From the sequence record SRR20825019_53: DNA of 47,722 nt; one strand, 5' to 3'. How positions within the stretch are numbered: the first letter of the stretch is position 1; every line of letters starts with the position of its first letter. Shown one piece after another: positions 30,450-43,000 of the stretch. Below the pieces are notes generated by a model. That model saw nothing but the letters and a program-made list of their open reading frames with translations. It did no database searches and was not told where the DNA came from. The position numbers were made by a program, and so were the translations under genes.

Positions 30450-30956
30450 ATGTTAAAATCAGAAAAACAAAAAGTTGTAGACACTGCATCATCTATATTT
30501 AAGGAGCATAGCTCTATCATTGTAACCAAGTATCAGGGTTTAGATGTAGGGATGATTTCTGATTTAAGATCAGAACTTGCTCAAAATGGTTGTAAATATA
30601 AAATAATAAAAAATAGTTTATCAAAAATAGCTATTAAAGATTCGGGTGTTTGTGATATAAGTGATTTCTTTACAGGGCCTGTGGCTATAGGATATTCTAA
30701 TGATCCAGTTTCTTTAGCAAAGGGACTTGTAAAATTTGCTAAGGATAATGACAATCTTAAGATAGTAGGAGGAATAATAGATAACCAAATCGTTAATCAA
30801 TCAGAAGTAAATGATCTTTCTAAACTTGCTTCTATTGAGGAGATTAGGGCTAAATTATTATATATGATTTCTGGTGCTGGTGGTAGGTTAGCGGCAACGC
30901 TAAATGCACCTGCTCTTCAGTTAGCTAGGGTTATAGGGGCATATGTTAATAAATAA
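30450..30956 (+). CDS. rplJ: 50S ribosomal protein L10 (start moved to ATG 30450, SD GAGGT at 30441)
   Basis: Y.GL.V...LR, IKNSL..IA, F.GP.AI; position after rplA. Confidence 0.96.
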   Translation: MLKSEKQKVVDTASSIFKEHSSIIVTKYQGLDVGMISDLRSELAQNGCKYKIIKNSLSKIAIKDSGVCDISDFFTGPVAIGYSNDPVSLAKGLVKFAKDNDNLKIVGGIIDNQIVNQSEVNDLSKLASIEEIRAKLLYMISGAGGRLAATLNAPALQLARVIGAYVNK

Positions 30957-30977
30957 ATTTAATTAATGGTAACTAAT

Positions 30978-31349
30978 ATGGCAGACTTAACAAAAATAGT
31001 AGATCAGCTTTCTAAACTAACAGTAATGCAAGCAGCTGAGCTTGTAAAAATTCTTGAGGAAGAATGGGGCGTTAGCTCTGCACCAGTAGCTATGGCGTCA
31101 GCACAAGCTCCTCAGGCTCAAGAAGCTCAAGAAGCAAAGACTGAATTTGACGTTGTGCTTACAGATGCAGGTGCAAGTAAAATAGCTGTAATTAAGGAAG
31201 TTAGGGCTATTACTCAGCTTGGTCTTAAAGAAGCAAAAGACTTAGTTGAAGCAGCTCCAAAACCAATTAAAGAGGGTGTTTCTAAAGCTGAGGCTGAAGA
31301 GCTTAAAGCTAAGCTTGAAGCAGCTGGGGCTAAGGTAGATTTAAAATAA
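30978..31349 (+). CDS. rplL: 50S ribosomal protein L7/L12
   Basis: [36 protein letters not shown]. Confidence 0.99.
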   Translation: MADLTKIVDQLSKLTVMQAAELVKILEEEWGVSSAPVAMASAQAPQAQEAQEAKTEFDVVLTDAGASKIAVIKEVRAITQLGLKEAKDLVEAAPKPIKEGVSKAEAEELKAKLEAAGAKVDLK

Positions 31350-31370
31350 TCCCTTAATAATCAGAATTTT

Positions 31371-31409
31371 AGCAAAAATAATGATATCCATTGAATTTTT
31401 TGCTTTTTT
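31371..31409 (+). terminator. hairpin plus T-tract in the rplL-rpoB spacer (possible attenuator)
   Basis: AGCAAAAA (31371-31378) pairs with TTTTTGCT (31397-31404), inner AATG/CATT stem, followed by TTTTT; AU-rich and weak. Confidence 0.35.
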
Positions 31410-31493
31410 AAGCAGAATTCCTTGTGATATTCTTATTTTTGTTTGATGATATTTATTATCTTTACATCCTTTTAATTACTCATTTTAGCAATA

Positions 31494-34400
31494 ATGCAAG
31501 AAAACATAACTCTAAACAGGCGTTTTAGGAAAGATTTTGGTCAAACAGATGTGGTGGCAGCTATTCCTAACTTAATTGAAGTTCAAAAAAATTCTTATGA
31601 TAGAAATTTTCTTCAATTAGATATACCTGTTGATAAAAGATTGAATAGCGGTTTACAAGCAGTTTTTAATTCAATATTTCCAATTGAAGATCCATTAGGT
31701 ACAGCAAGCCTTGAGTTTGTTAAGTATCATTTTGATCTACCTAAATATGATGTTGAAGAATGTTCTCAAAGGGGGGTAAGTTATTCTGCTCCACTAAAAG
31801 TAACTTTAAGACTGATAGTATGGGATGTTGATGAGGATACTGGTTCTCGTGATATTAGAGGTATAAAAGAGCAGGAGGTTTATATGGGAGATATACCTCT
31901 TATGACAATTAATGGAACATTCATTATCAATGGAGTAGAAAGAGTTGTAGTTTCCCAAATGCACAGATCACCAGGTGTATTTTTTGATCATGATTCAGGT
32001 AAAACCCATTCATCTGGTAAATTTCTTTATTCAGCAAGAATAATCCCGTATAGAGGTTCTTGGATAGATTTAGAATTTGATGCAAAAGAGCTAATGCATT
32101 TTAGGATAGATAGAAGAAGAAAATTACATATTACTACTTTACTTTTTGCTCTTGGCATGTCTAAATCTGATATAGCTGATTATTATTATGATAAAGAAGA
32201 ATATGTAAAAACTAAAACTGATTGGAAAATAGAGCTTAAAGAAAATAGTTTTGATGCGCAAAGTATAGCTCATGATCTTGTTGATGATGCTACTGGTAAA
32301 AAGCTTTTAGAAAAAGGAAGTAGAGTTAACCCAAGAATAATTAAAAAGCATCTTGAAAATGGTGTAAAATTTATCAGATTTACAGAAGAAGATTTAGTTG
32401 GTAAGTATTTAGCTGAAGATATTGTTAATGAAGAAACAGGTGAGATAGTAGCCCAAGTTGGAGAGTATATTACAACAGAGATAATTGCTCAAATTAATGA
32501 ACTAGGCCTTGAGAAGTTACCAGTTATTAAATTTGGATTTCAGCAAGGTTCATATTTATTAGATACTATGAACACTGATAAAAGCACTGATTTTGAAAGT
32601 GCGACTCTTGAAATATTCAAGATATTAAGACCAGGAGAACCTCCTACCTTAGAAGCTGGTCAGGCATTATTTAATAATTTATTTTTTGATCAAAGTAGAT
32701 ATGATTTATCTGATGTTGGTAGGCTTAAACTTAATACTCGTACTTTATTAGATATTCCTGAAGATACAACTATTTTAACTAAAGAAGACATTAAAACAGT
32801 TATTAAGATTCTTATCGAAATTAAAGATGGAACTGGTTCAGTTGATGATATAGATCATTTAGGTAATAGAAGAGTAAGATCTGTTGGTGAGCTTATTGAG
32901 AACCAATTTAGAATTGGTCTTTTAAAGATGCAAAAAACAGTTATTGAAAAAATGGGAGTGGTTGAGGTTGATACAGTTATGCCTCATGACTTAATAAATC
33001 CAAAAGCTTTAGTTTCTGTTGTTAGGGAATTTTTTGGTACATCTCAGTTATCGCAGTTTATGGATCAAACAAATCCATTATCTGAAATTACACATAAAAG
33101 GAGAATTTCTGCTTTAGGCCCAGGAGGTTTAAACAGAGAAAGAGCTGGTTTTGAAGTTAGGGATGTTCATCCTACTCATTATGGTAGAATATGTCCTATT
33201 GAAACACCAGAAGGTCAAAATATTGGTTTAATTAACTCTCTTGCTACTTTTGCAAGAGTGAATAAGTATGGTTTTATCGAAAGTCCTTATAGAAAGGTTT
33301 TAAAGGGTAAGGTTACAGGGGAAGTAGTATATTTATCTGCTATTGATGAACTTGAAGTCAAAATAGCACCAGTTGTTGAGATTGATAATAATGGTAGTCT
33401 TAAAGGTGATCTTATAAATTGTAGGGTTGATGGTGATTTTGTAATGGTTCCTCCTGATGAAGTCGAGTATGTTGATGTTGTGCCTATGCAGCTTGTATCT
33501 GTTGCGTCTGCCATGATTCCATTTCTTGAGAATAATGATGCAAACAGAGCATTAATGGGAGCGAACATGCAGCGTCAAGCTGTACCTTTATTGAGAAGTG
33601 ATGCTCCGCTTGTTGGTACTGGAGTTGAAGGGATAGTTGCTAAAAATTCAGGTGCTGCTTTAGTTTCACTCGAGGACGGTGTAGTTGAGATGGTAGATTC
33701 ATCAAGAATTGTAATTAGAGGTATTGAAAGTAGATCAGATGGTTCTCCTGGAGTTGATATATATAATTTAGTTAAATTCAGAAGATCTAATCACAGTACT
33801 TGTATTAATCAAAAGCCACTAGTTAGAATAGGCCAGAATGTTAAAAAGGGAGAGATCATAGCAGATGGTCCTAGTATGGATAGAGGTGAAGTTGCTCTTG
33901 GTAGAAATGTACTTGTAGCATTTTTATCTTGGAGTGGTTACAATTTTAAAGATTCAATTGTAGTTTCTGAAAAACTAGTAAGTAAAGATGCATTTACTTC
34001 AATTCATATTGAAGGATTTGAAATTATTGCAAGAGACACAAGGCTTGGTCCTGAAGAAGTTACTAGGGATATACCAAATATTACTGATGAACAATTATCT
34101 CATCTTGATGAGGTTGGTATTGTAAATCTTGGTGCAGAAGTTGAAGCTGGTGATATTTTAGTTGGAAAAGTAACTCCAAAGAGTGAGTCACCAATGACTC
34201 CAGAAGAAAAATTATTAAAAGCTATTTTTGGAGAGAAAGCTGCTGATGTTAGAGATTCTTCTTTAAGAGTGCCTCCTGGAGTTTCTGGAACAGTTGTAGA
34301 AGTTAGAGTATTTTCAAGAAGGGGTATTGAGAAAGATGAACGTACTTTGTTGATTGAAAAGCAACAAATTGATCAGCTTACTAAAGATAGAGATGATGAA

Positions 34401-35594
34401 CTTAAAATTATTGAGTTTTTTGTCAAAATGAAATTTATATCTTTGTTTAAAGGTCAAAAAGTTGCAAAGTCTCCAAAAGCAATAAAAATTAGTGGAGTTT
34501 TAACAGAGGAAATCATTAATAATACTTCTTTAGCTAATTTAAAATTAATTAATTTTGAAGAAGAAAGTCTAAATCAATCTTTAAATCTTGTAATAGATCA
34601 TTATGAGAGTAAAAGAGATGAAATTAATGATAAGTTTCATAGTAAAGTACAGAAACTTCAAAGTGGAGATGATTTGCCTCAAGGAGCGCTTAAAGTTGTA
34701 AAAGTATTTATAGCAACAAAACATAGGCTTCAATCTGGAGATAAAATGGCTGGTAGACACGGAAACAAAGGTATTGTTTCAAGGATAGTACCTGAAGAAG
34801 ATATGCCATTTCTTGAGGATGGGACCGTTGTAGATATATTATTAAATCCTCTGGGTATACCTTCAAGGATGAATGTAGGACAGGTTCTTGAAACTCATCT
34901 TGGATGGGCTTCTGTTAATTTAGGTAAAAAGATCGATGAGATGCTTGATGATTATCATAGTTCTAAAGAAAATGTTGATGATCTTAAAGTATATGTTGAA
35001 AAAATCTTCGGTGAAAATAGTGAAGTCTGTAAGAAAGTTAAAAGTATGTCAGATGATGAGTTTATTAAATTCGTTCGTCCTATGAAAGATGGAGTGAGTT
35101 TTTCAACTCCTGTTTTTGATGGAGCTAAAGTTGATGATGTTGAGAATATGCTTTTATTGTCAGGAGTTTCAAAAACAGGTCAATCAAGGCTTCTTGACGG
35201 GAGGACAGGTGATTATTTTGATAGAGATGTTACCGTTGGTTATAAATATATGCTTAAACTTCATCATTTGGTAGACGATAAGCTTCATGCAAGATCAATT
35301 GGTCCTTATAGTTTGGTTACTCAGCAGCCACTTGGTGGTAAATCACATTTTGGAGGTCAAAGATTTGGAGAAATGGAATGCTGGGCGTTACAAGCATATG
35401 GAGCAGCATATACTTTACAAGAAATGCTTACAGTTAAGTCAGATGATGTTACTGGAAGAATAAAGATATATGAATCAATCATTAAAGGAGATAGTAATTT
35501 TGAGTATAGTGTTCCGGAATCATTTAATGTAATGGTAAAAGAGCTCAAGTCACTTTGTTTGAACATTCAGTTTAAACAAGATAGTGAAGAATAA
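31494..35594 (+). CDS. rpoB: DNA-directed RNA polymerase subunit beta
   Basis: [44 protein letters not shown]; own stop codon (not fused to rpoC). Confidence 0.99.
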   Translation: MQENITLNRRFRKDFGQTDVVAAIPNLIEVQKNSYDRNFLQLDIPVDKRLNSGLQAVFNSIFPIEDPLGTASLEFVKYHFDLPKYDVEECSQRGVSYSAPLKVTLRLIVWDVDEDTGSRDIRGIKEQEVYMGDIPLMTINGTFIINGVERVVVSQMHRSPGVFFDHDSGKTHSSGKFLYSARIIPYRGSWIDLEFDAKELMHFRIDRRRKLHITTLLFALGMSKSDIADYYYDKEEYVKTKTDWKIELKENSFDAQSIAHDLVDDATGKKLLEKGSRVNPRIIKKHLENGVKFIRFTEEDLVGKYLAEDIVNEETGEIVAQVGEYITTEIIAQINELGLEKLPVIKFGFQQGSYLLDTMNTDKSTDFESATLEIFKILRPGEPPTLEAGQALFNNLFFDQSRYDLSDVGRLKLNTRTLLDIPEDTTILTKEDIKTVIKILIEIKDGTGSVDDIDHLGNRRVRSVGELIENQFRIGLLKMQKTVIEKMGVVEVDTVMPHDLINPKALVSVVREFFGTSQLSQFMDQTNPLSEITHKRRISALGPGGLNRERAGFEVRDVHPTHYGRICPIETPEGQNIGLINSLATFARVNKYGFIESPYRKVLKGKVTGEVVYLSAIDELEVKIAPVVEIDNNGSLKGDLINCRVDGDFVMVPPDEVEYVDVVPMQLVSVASAMIPFLENNDANRALMGANMQRQAVPLLRSDAPLVGTGVEGIVAKNSGAALVSLEDGVVEMVDSSRIVIRGIESRSDGSPGVDIYNLVKFRRSNHSTCINQKPLVRIGQNVKKGEIIADGPSMDRGEVALGRNVLVAFLSWSGYNFKDSIVVSEKLVSKDAFTSIHIEGFEIIARDTRLGPEEVTRDIPNITDEQLSHLDEVGIVNLGAEVEAGDILVGKVTPKSESPMTPEEKLLKAIFGEKAADVRDSSLRVPPGVSGTVVEVRVFSRRGIEKDERTLLIEKQQIDQLTKDRDDELKIIEFFVKMKFISLFKGQKVAKSPKAIKISGVLTEEIINNTSLANLKLINFEEESLNQSLNLVIDHYESKRDEINDKFHSKVQKLQSGDDLPQGALKVVKVFIATKHRLQSGDKMAGRHGNKGIVSRIVPEEDMPFLEDGTVVDILLNPLGIPSRMNVGQVLETHLGWASVNLGKKIDEMLDDYHSSKENVDDLKVYVEKIFGENSEVCKKVKSMSDDEFIKFVRPMKDGVSFSTPVFDGAKVDDVENMLLLSGVSKTGQSRLLDGRTGDYFDRDVTVGYKYMLKLHHLVDDKLHARSIGPYSLVTQQPLGGKSHFGGQRFGEMECWALQAYGAAYTLQEMLTVKSDDVTGRIKIYESIIKGDSNFEYSVPESFNVMVKELKSLCLNIQFKQDSEE

Positions 35595-35614
35595 GTTTTA
35601 AAGGGATAAAAAAT

Positions 35615-38600
35615 ATGGCACAAGAAATTAATTTTTATGGTCAAGTAAATAATGTCCAAGAATTTGACAGTATTAAGGTAAATATTGCAAGTCCTGAAGA
35701 TATTAGATCAAGTTCTTATGGAGAGGTTAAAAAGCCTGAAACTATAAATTATAGGACATTTAATCCTGAAAATGATGGTTTATTCTGCGCAAAAATTTTT
35801 GGTCCTGTAAAAGACTATGAATGTAGATGCGGTAAATATCGCAGAATGAAATATAAGGGTATAACTTGTGAAAAATGTGGAGTTGAAATTACTACTTCAA
35901 GAGTAAGAAGAGATAGGATGGGTCATATTGAGCTTGCGTCTCCTGTTGTACATATTTGGTTTTTAAAAACTATTCCTTCAAGGATTAGTACTCTTTTAGA
36001 TATAACATTAAAAAAGCTTGAGAGGATTTTATATTTTGAAAATTATGTAGTAATTGACCCAGGTGTAACACTTCTTAAAGCTGGTGATTTACTTTCAGAG
36101 AGGGAATTTGCTGATGCTCAGGATGAGTATGGTGAAGATAGTTTTGTAGCCATGATGGGAGCAGAGGCTATTGAAAAGTTACTTAAAGATATAGATCTTG
36201 AGGTTCTCAAAGATTTGCTCAGAGAGGAGCTTGCAAATACTAATGCAGAAGCTAAAAGAAAAAAAATAACAAAAAGATTAAATTTAGTAGAGGATTTCTT
36301 AGATTCAGGCAATAAACCAGAATGGATGGTTCTTAGAGTACTGCCTGTAATGCCACCAGAGCTAAGACCTCTTGTTATGCTTGATGGAGGACGATTTGCA
36401 TCTTCTGATTTAAATGAGTTATATAGGAGAGTAATAAATAGAAATAATAGATTAAGTAGACTACTAGAGCTTAAGGCTCCTGAGATCATTGTACGAAATG
36501 AAAAAAGAATGTTACAAGAATCAGTTGATGCACTTTTTGATAATAGTAAAAAGGGAAGAGTAGTTAAAGGAAGTACAAAAAGGCCTTTTAAATCTTTAAG
36601 TGATATGCTTAAAGGTAAACAAGGAAGATTTAGGCAGAATTTACTTGGTAAGAGGGTAGATTATTCTGGAAGATCTGTAATAGTTGTTGGTCCTGAACTG
36701 AAGTTACATCAATGTGGTATACCTAAAAAAATGGCTCTTGAGCTGTTTAAACCATTTATATATGCAAAACTTGAAATGTATGGTATTGCAACTACAGTTA
36801 AGGCTGCTAAAAAAATGGTTGAGCAAGGTAAAGCTGAAGTTTGGGATATTCTTGAGGAAGTTATAAGGGAACATCCTGTATTATTAAACAGGGCTCCAAC
36901 TCTTCATAGGCTTGGTATACAAGCTTTTGAACCTCAATTAATAGAGGGTAAAGCTATATCATTGCATCCTTTGGTTTGTGCTGCTTTTAATGCTGACTTT
37001 GATGGAGACCAAATGGCTGTGCATGTTCCTTTATCTGTAGAAGCCCAGATAGAGGCAAGAGTACTTATGATGTCTACAAATAATATTCTAAGTTCTGCCA
37101 ACGGTAAACCTATTATAGTACCTGAAGAGGATACAATTTTAGGAATTTATTATCTAACATTATCAATTGATAATGAACCAGGTGAGGGTATGGCTTTTTC
37201 AAAGATGTATGAAGTTATGCAAGCTCTTCATTATAAAGCAATAACAATTCACACAAAAATAAAATTTAGAATAAAATCAAATAACAAGGACTCTCCTTAT
37301 GAGATAGTAGAAACTACTCCGGGAAGGTTGATGATATATGAAAATATTCCAGTATATGCAGATATTAAGTTTGAACTGATAAATAAAAACATGACCAAAA
37401 AAGAGGTTTCTGTTCTTATTGATAGTGTTTATAGAAATTGTGGTCAAAAAGCTACTGTTATATTTGCAGATAAGCTTGTGGGTCTTGGTTTTAAATATGC
37501 AACAGAGTCTGGAGTATCTGTTGGAATTGAAGATATGGTAGTTCCTAATTCTAAATTTGAGCATATAAATAAAACTCAAGAAGAAATTAAAGTTTTTGAA
37601 CAGCAATATTCAGAAGGTCTTATTACATATAAAGAAAAATATAATAAGGCAATTGATGCATGGTCTCATTGTACAGATCAGGTTTCAGATGATCTAATGA
37701 AAAAAATAGCTAGAGGTTATAGGCTTGAAGAGGATATTAGTAACCAACGAAAGTTAAATTCTGTTTATATGATGGCAGTTTCTGGAGCTAGAGGTTCTGC
37801 AGCTCAGATTAAGCAGCTTGCGGGAATGAGGGGTTTAATGGCTAAACCTTCTGGTGAGATTATAGAAAAGCCAATTACTTCGAATTTTAAGGAGGGCCTT
37901 ACTGTGCTTGAATATTTTAATTCGACTCATGGTGCTCGAAAAGGTTTAGCAGATACAGCTCTTAAAACTGCTAACTCTGGATATTTAACAAGAAGGCTTG
38001 TTGATGTAGCCCAAGATTGTGTAGTAACACAAGCTGATTGTAATACTGAAAATGGAATTATTATAAGGCCAATACTTGATGGTGGAGAAGTAGTTGTATC
38101 TATTTCTGAGCTTGTACTTGGTAGAACTATTATTGGTAATATTTATCATCCAGTAACTGGTGATTTAATAATTGAAGAAGGATATTTAGTAGATGAGGTT
38201 GCTGCTGAAAAAATTGAGCGTGCTTTAGTAGATTCAGTTAAAGTAAGATCTGTTCTAACTTGTGAAGTAGAAGATGGTTTATGTGCTAAATGTTATGGTA
38301 GGGATCTTGCAACTGGAGACCAAGTTGCAATTGGTGAAGCTGTTGGTGTTGTTGCTGCCCAATCTATAGGTGAGCCAGGTACTCAGCTTACAATGAGAAC
38401 TTTCCATATAGGTGGTACTGCTACAAGAAGAGCAGAAGCTTCTTCTATTGAGGCTCCATATGAAGCAGAAGTAAAAATAATTAATGAGAATTATGTTACT
38501 AATTCAGAGGGGCAAAAAATTGTTATGAGCAGAGCTTGTGAAATATTACTACTTGATGTCAAGAAGCAAGAAAGGGCAAGATATAAAGTTCCTTATGGTT

Positions 38601-39781
38601 CTATTATGCTTATTAAAGATGGTTCTAAAATTAGTCAGGGTGATAGACTTGCTGAGTGGGATCCTCATACACTTCCAATTATTACTGAAAAATCAGGTAA
38701 GATTGAGTTTCAAGATATTAAAGAAGGTGTTTCTTTAAGGGAAGTGCAAGATGAAACAACTGGTATAACTAGTAAAGTTATTACTGAGCAAAGACAGCAA
38801 ACTTCAAAACAGCAAATAAGACCAAGGGTACATATATTAGATGATGAAGGTAATACTATAATACTTGCAAATGGTCTTGAGGCTAAATACTATATTCCTG
38901 TTGGAGCTGTACTTAATGCTTCTGATGGAGATAATATCAATGCAGGTGATGTAATAGCTAGAATACCAAGAGAATCTAGTAAAACAAAAGATATTACTGG
39001 TGGTCTTCCTAGGGTTGCTGAGATTGTAGAAGCTCGTAAGCCAAAAGATAATTCAATAATTGTTGAAACAGACGGTAGGGTTGAGTTTGGTAAGGATTAT
39101 AGAGCTAAAAGAAAAATTAATATTATAGGTGATGATGGTGAGATAAATTCTTCATATATCATACCAAAAAGTAAACATATTATTGTTAATGAGGGCGATT
39201 TCGTTAAGAAGGGGGATATTATAGTTGATGGAAGCCCAGTGCTTCAGGATATACTTAAAGTTATGGGTGTTGAAAAACTTGCAAGATATATGGTTGATGA
39301 AGTTCAGTCAGTTTACAGGCTTCAAGGTGTTAAGATTGATGACAAGCATATTGAAGTTATTATTAGGCAGATGCTTCAGAAAGTTGAGATTAATGATACT
39401 GGAGATACAACTCTTCAGATAGGTGATAAAGTTAATAAATGGGAACTTGCTGAAATTAATGAAAAATATGCTAAAAAAGGTTTAAAAGGTGCTAAGGGAG
39501 AATTGATTCTTCAAGGTATCACTAAAGCATCTCTTCAGACAAGGTCGTTTATATCAGCAGCATCCTTCCAGGATACAACAAGAGTATTGACAGAGGCTGC
39601 TATTGCAGGAAAAAGTGATAAGTTAAGAGGCCTCAAAGAAAATGTTATTGTAGGAAGGTTAATACCTGCAGGAACTGGTTTTTATGCAAGAATAGCAAAG
39701 CGTCAAGCTCAAGAAAAAGATAAAGAATATTTAGTTAATTCTTCTTCTGAAGAGGAGCATATTCTTGATAAGAAGGATTAA
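35615..39781 (+). CDS. rpoC: DNA-directed RNA polymerase subunit beta'
   Basis: Zn-finger Cys, [45 protein letters not shown]. Confidence 0.99.
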   Translation: MAQEINFYGQVNNVQEFDSIKVNIASPEDIRSSSYGEVKKPETINYRTFNPENDGLFCAKIFGPVKDYECRCGKYRRMKYKGITCEKCGVEITTSRVRRDRMGHIELASPVVHIWFLKTIPSRISTLLDITLKKLERILYFENYVVIDPGVTLLKAGDLLSEREFADAQDEYGEDSFVAMMGAEAIEKLLKDIDLEVLKDLLREELANTNAEAKRKKITKRLNLVEDFLDSGNKPEWMVLRVLPVMPPELRPLVMLDGGRFASSDLNELYRRVINRNNRLSRLLELKAPEIIVRNEKRMLQESVDALFDNSKKGRVVKGSTKRPFKSLSDMLKGKQGRFRQNLLGKRVDYSGRSVIVVGPELKLHQCGIPKKMALELFKPFIYAKLEMYGIATTVKAAKKMVEQGKAEVWDILEEVIREHPVLLNRAPTLHRLGIQAFEPQLIEGKAISLHPLVCAAFNADFDGDQMAVHVPLSVEAQIEARVLMMSTNNILSSANGKPIIVPEEDTILGIYYLTLSIDNEPGEGMAFSKMYEVMQALHYKAITIHTKIKFRIKSNNKDSPYEIVETTPGRLMIYENIPVYADIKFELINKNMTKKEVSVLIDSVYRNCGQKATVIFADKLVGLGFKYATESGVSVGIEDMVVPNSKFEHINKTQEEIKVFEQQYSEGLITYKEKYNKAIDAWSHCTDQVSDDLMKKIARGYRLEEDISNQRKLNSVYMMAVSGARGSAAQIKQLAGMRGLMAKPSGEIIEKPITSNFKEGLTVLEYFNSTHGARKGLADTALKTANSGYLTRRLVDVAQDCVVTQADCNTENGIIIRPILDGGEVVVSISELVLGRTIIGNIYHPVTGDLIIEEGYLVDEVAAEKIERALVDSVKVRSVLTCEVEDGLCAKCYGRDLATGDQVAIGEAVGVVAAQSIGEPGTQLTMRTFHIGGTATRRAEASSIEAPYEAEVKIINENYVTNSEGQKIVMSRACEILLLDVKKQERARYKVPYGSIMLIKDGSKISQGDRLAEWDPHTLPIITEKSGKIEFQDIKEGVSLREVQDETTGITSKVITEQRQQTSKQQIRPRVHILDDEGNTIILANGLEAKYYIPVGAVLNASDGDNINAGDVIARIPRESSKTKDITGGLPRVAEIVEARKPKDNSIIVETDGRVEFGKDYRAKRKINIIGDDGEINSSYIIPKSKHIIVNEGDFVKKGDIIVDGSPVLQDILKVMGVEKLARYMVDEVQSVYRLQGVKIDDKHIEVIIRQMLQKVEINDTGDTTLQIGDKVNKWELAEINEKYAKKGLKGAKGELILQGITKASLQTRSFISAASFQDTTRVLTEAAIAGKSDKLRGLKENVIVGRLIPAGTGFYARIAKRQAQEKDKEYLVNSSSEEEHILDKKD

Positions 39782-40010
39782 CTTGCTTTTATATTACGCG
39801 TATTAGTTTAATTACCTTAATAATTTATTTATTAAATTAATAATAATTACTATTCTTGAAACTATAATTAAATAACTATTATTTAATGCTAGGTTTTATT
39901 TTGCCAGGAATTTTTTCTGAGATAAACAGGCTGATTCATAATATTATAAAATAAATTTTACTCAAGTTTAATTTTTATGCTATTCTTTGTAATAAATTTA
40001 TAATGACCAT

Positions 40011-43000
40011 ATGTATAAAGATATCTTAGCAGAAATTTCGTTAAAATTTGGCAATTATTTAAGTAAATCTGATGCTTATGAATGTATAAAAGGATTTATA
40101 TTTGATGGATCAATTTTTAAATTAGATCTTAAGGAATTTATAGAGATTCTAGATATAATTGATTTAGAAGTTAGGGAGTTACTTATAAAATCATCCTCAA
40201 AAGGTGATATTGAAGTTATTAATTATTTATTTAGTTTAAAAGATAAAGCTTGTAGTGATAGTTTTTTATATAATAGATATACATTACTGAATTCTTTCAT
40301 AAAAGCAGCTGAAAACGGCCATACGGATATATTGCAATATATTTTAGATAGAATAAATGATAAAAAATTTCAAAATATTATTATTCATTCGAGCGGTAAC
40401 TCGCCATTTAAGTTAGCTGTTATAAATGGACATCTTAATACAGTAAAATATATAGCTTGGTTAACTGATCTTAAAGAAGTTGATTACTTAATTCATTCTA
40501 TTGATAATGATTATAAATACATAACTCAGTCAATAAAAAATGGTCATATTGAGACTATAAGATATTTAATAGAGCTTTGTGAGGATAATGATTTAAAACA
40601 AAATATGATAAATAGATGTAAAGAAATTTTTTTTACATCAGCTGTTGAAAATGGCCATATTGAAATTGTTAGGTTTCTTTTAAAATTGGTTCTTACTTCT
40701 AAAGGAGCCAAGAAAATGGTTTTAGATAGGTATGATTTAAGAGAAATACTAGGAGATGGAGTAGAAGCAGTATTATCAGTAGGATTTGGTGTTTCTTTTA
40801 GAATTGCATTAAATAGAGGACATGAAGAAGTAGTGAAATATTTACTAAATTCTACATTATCAAAGAAGAAATGGGATAAAATTATAAACTCAGAGGATAA
40901 TAGTTTTTATATTGAAGCTGCTAATAGTGGAAAAATAGAACTTCTTAATGAAATACTTAACTATACAAAAGATGAAGGTTTTAAAGAAGAAATGATTCTT
41001 ATATGTAGATCTATTTCTTTTAGAGATGCTGCTAAAAATGGTAAAATTGAAGTATTAAATAAATTGCTGGAACAATCTAAGGATCAAAATGAAAAAAATG
41101 CAATTATACATTTTAATGGAAATAATCCATTTTTAAATGCTGCATTTAGTGGTAATTTAGAAGTAATGAAGTATTTATTGGAAATAGCTCAAGATTCTGA
41201 TAAAAGAGAAGAAATGCTTCATTGTAATAATGAAGAACCATTTAGACTTGCTTGTAGCAGTGGAAATTTTGAAGTTATAAAGTATTTTTTAGATCTTGAA
41301 CAAGATAAAGAAAAAAAAGAAGAAATTATTCATCGGGACTCAGATATTTTGTTTCGTTTTATAGTGATGTCTGGAAAGCTAGATCTTGTTAAGTATTTTA
41401 TTGAATTGACTCCGGATCCAGAAAAAAGAGATAAAATGATTCATTCAAATTGTGACGAAGCTTTTAGGGTGTCTGCTGCAAATGGGTTTATAGATATCAT
41501 GAAGTATTTAGCTCAATTAACAAGTGATCCAGTTAAAATAAAGCAAATGATCAAAGCGGATAATTATGCTTGTTTGCGTTATGCTTTTAGTAAGGGTCAA
41601 TTAAATGTACTGAAATATCTACATGATATAGGAGGTGAAGATGTGACTAATGAAATGTCTGATTCAAAATATGAGTATTTAAGTATTAATAACGGACAAT
41701 CACAATCTATTATATATAACATCACTAAAATTCTTAAATATGATATAATAAAATATTCGATGGAAAATCTTAAGGAACTAAATGAATGCCAATTTCTAAT
41801 ATTATCTGATAAAGATTTTATGAGCTTTTTATTAGAACAAGCTTATGAATTAATTAAATCAAATAGTTTTGAATCATTTGATGATTTATTTACAGTCTAT
41901 TTCTTAGATATTGGTATTTGTGATGGTTTCAATGAGTTAATTGATTTATTTTTTAAATCTTTAGATAATAATAACATTCTAAAACTAAAGAAAGATTTTA
42001 TAAATGAAAAGCAAGATATAGTAGGTTCTTTAGTGGGTAGCCTTATAGATTTAAGTCTAAGAAATAATAATCTAGAGGCTGTAAAATGTATGCTGGGGTT
42101 TTTTAATGCTAAGTCAGATTATTTTAACCGCTTTGTTAGTTCTAGGCTTTATCACTTTGCATATGAAAAAAACACACTAGCTACTTTTAAGTATTTATTT
42201 AGTTTTGATATAAATATTGAGACTAAATCAAAGGCTATAAATGAATATTTTAAAGTAGTATATTTACCAAGTGGTTTTGTTAATTATAATATTGATTTTA
42301 GTTCTGTAAAATATTTGATTTCACTTACTGATGAAATGCATGCAAATAAGAGGATTGAAATTATGCATAATGCATTTGGTAATGCTTTTTATAAAGGGTC
42401 ATTAGATACTATGATACATATACTAAAGCTTGAGCCAAGAAATCATGAAGGAATTATAAATTCAAAATTTAATCTAAATTATAATTTACCATATACTCCA
42501 TTATATACATCTAATGTTGTTGATTTTGCAGAAAAGATCAAACATATTTGTATATTGTCTCCATTTCATGACTGGACTAATGAGTTTGCTGAACTTAAAC
42601 CGCGATACATAAATATAGAACAAGAAATAAAACCTTATCTTGGTATTAATATCAAGTCTTTAAAAAATTTTGCTACTTGTTGTAAAAATTTGTTTTCAGC
42701 AGTAAGTAATGTAAATCCTAACAATATAGAAAAGTCTAGTTTTTTTAATTTACCAGTAGAAATTATATATAAAATAGCTGGATATGTTGCAGAAGTTGAA
42801 ATTGAAGATTATGTCAGAATAAAATCATCTATTTCAGCATTTACTTATAATGAAGTCAATTATAACAGTGAGTTTAAAGGATTTATTTCAAGATATGAAG
42901 AATTATTAGAAGCAGTTTCTTGGAATAATAATGGTGATATAGTATCTAAAGATAAAGAAGCTGAAGTAGAAACTAGTCAATATAATAGATTAGCTTCTGT

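Noticed and set aside
33030-33130. RpoB rifampicin-resistance region
   Set aside because: [26 protein letters not shown] is the ordinary sensitive-type sequence
35580-35620. Possible rpoB-rpoC fusion as in Wolbachia
   Set aside because: rpoB has a TAA stop at 35592-35594 and rpoC has its own start at 35615
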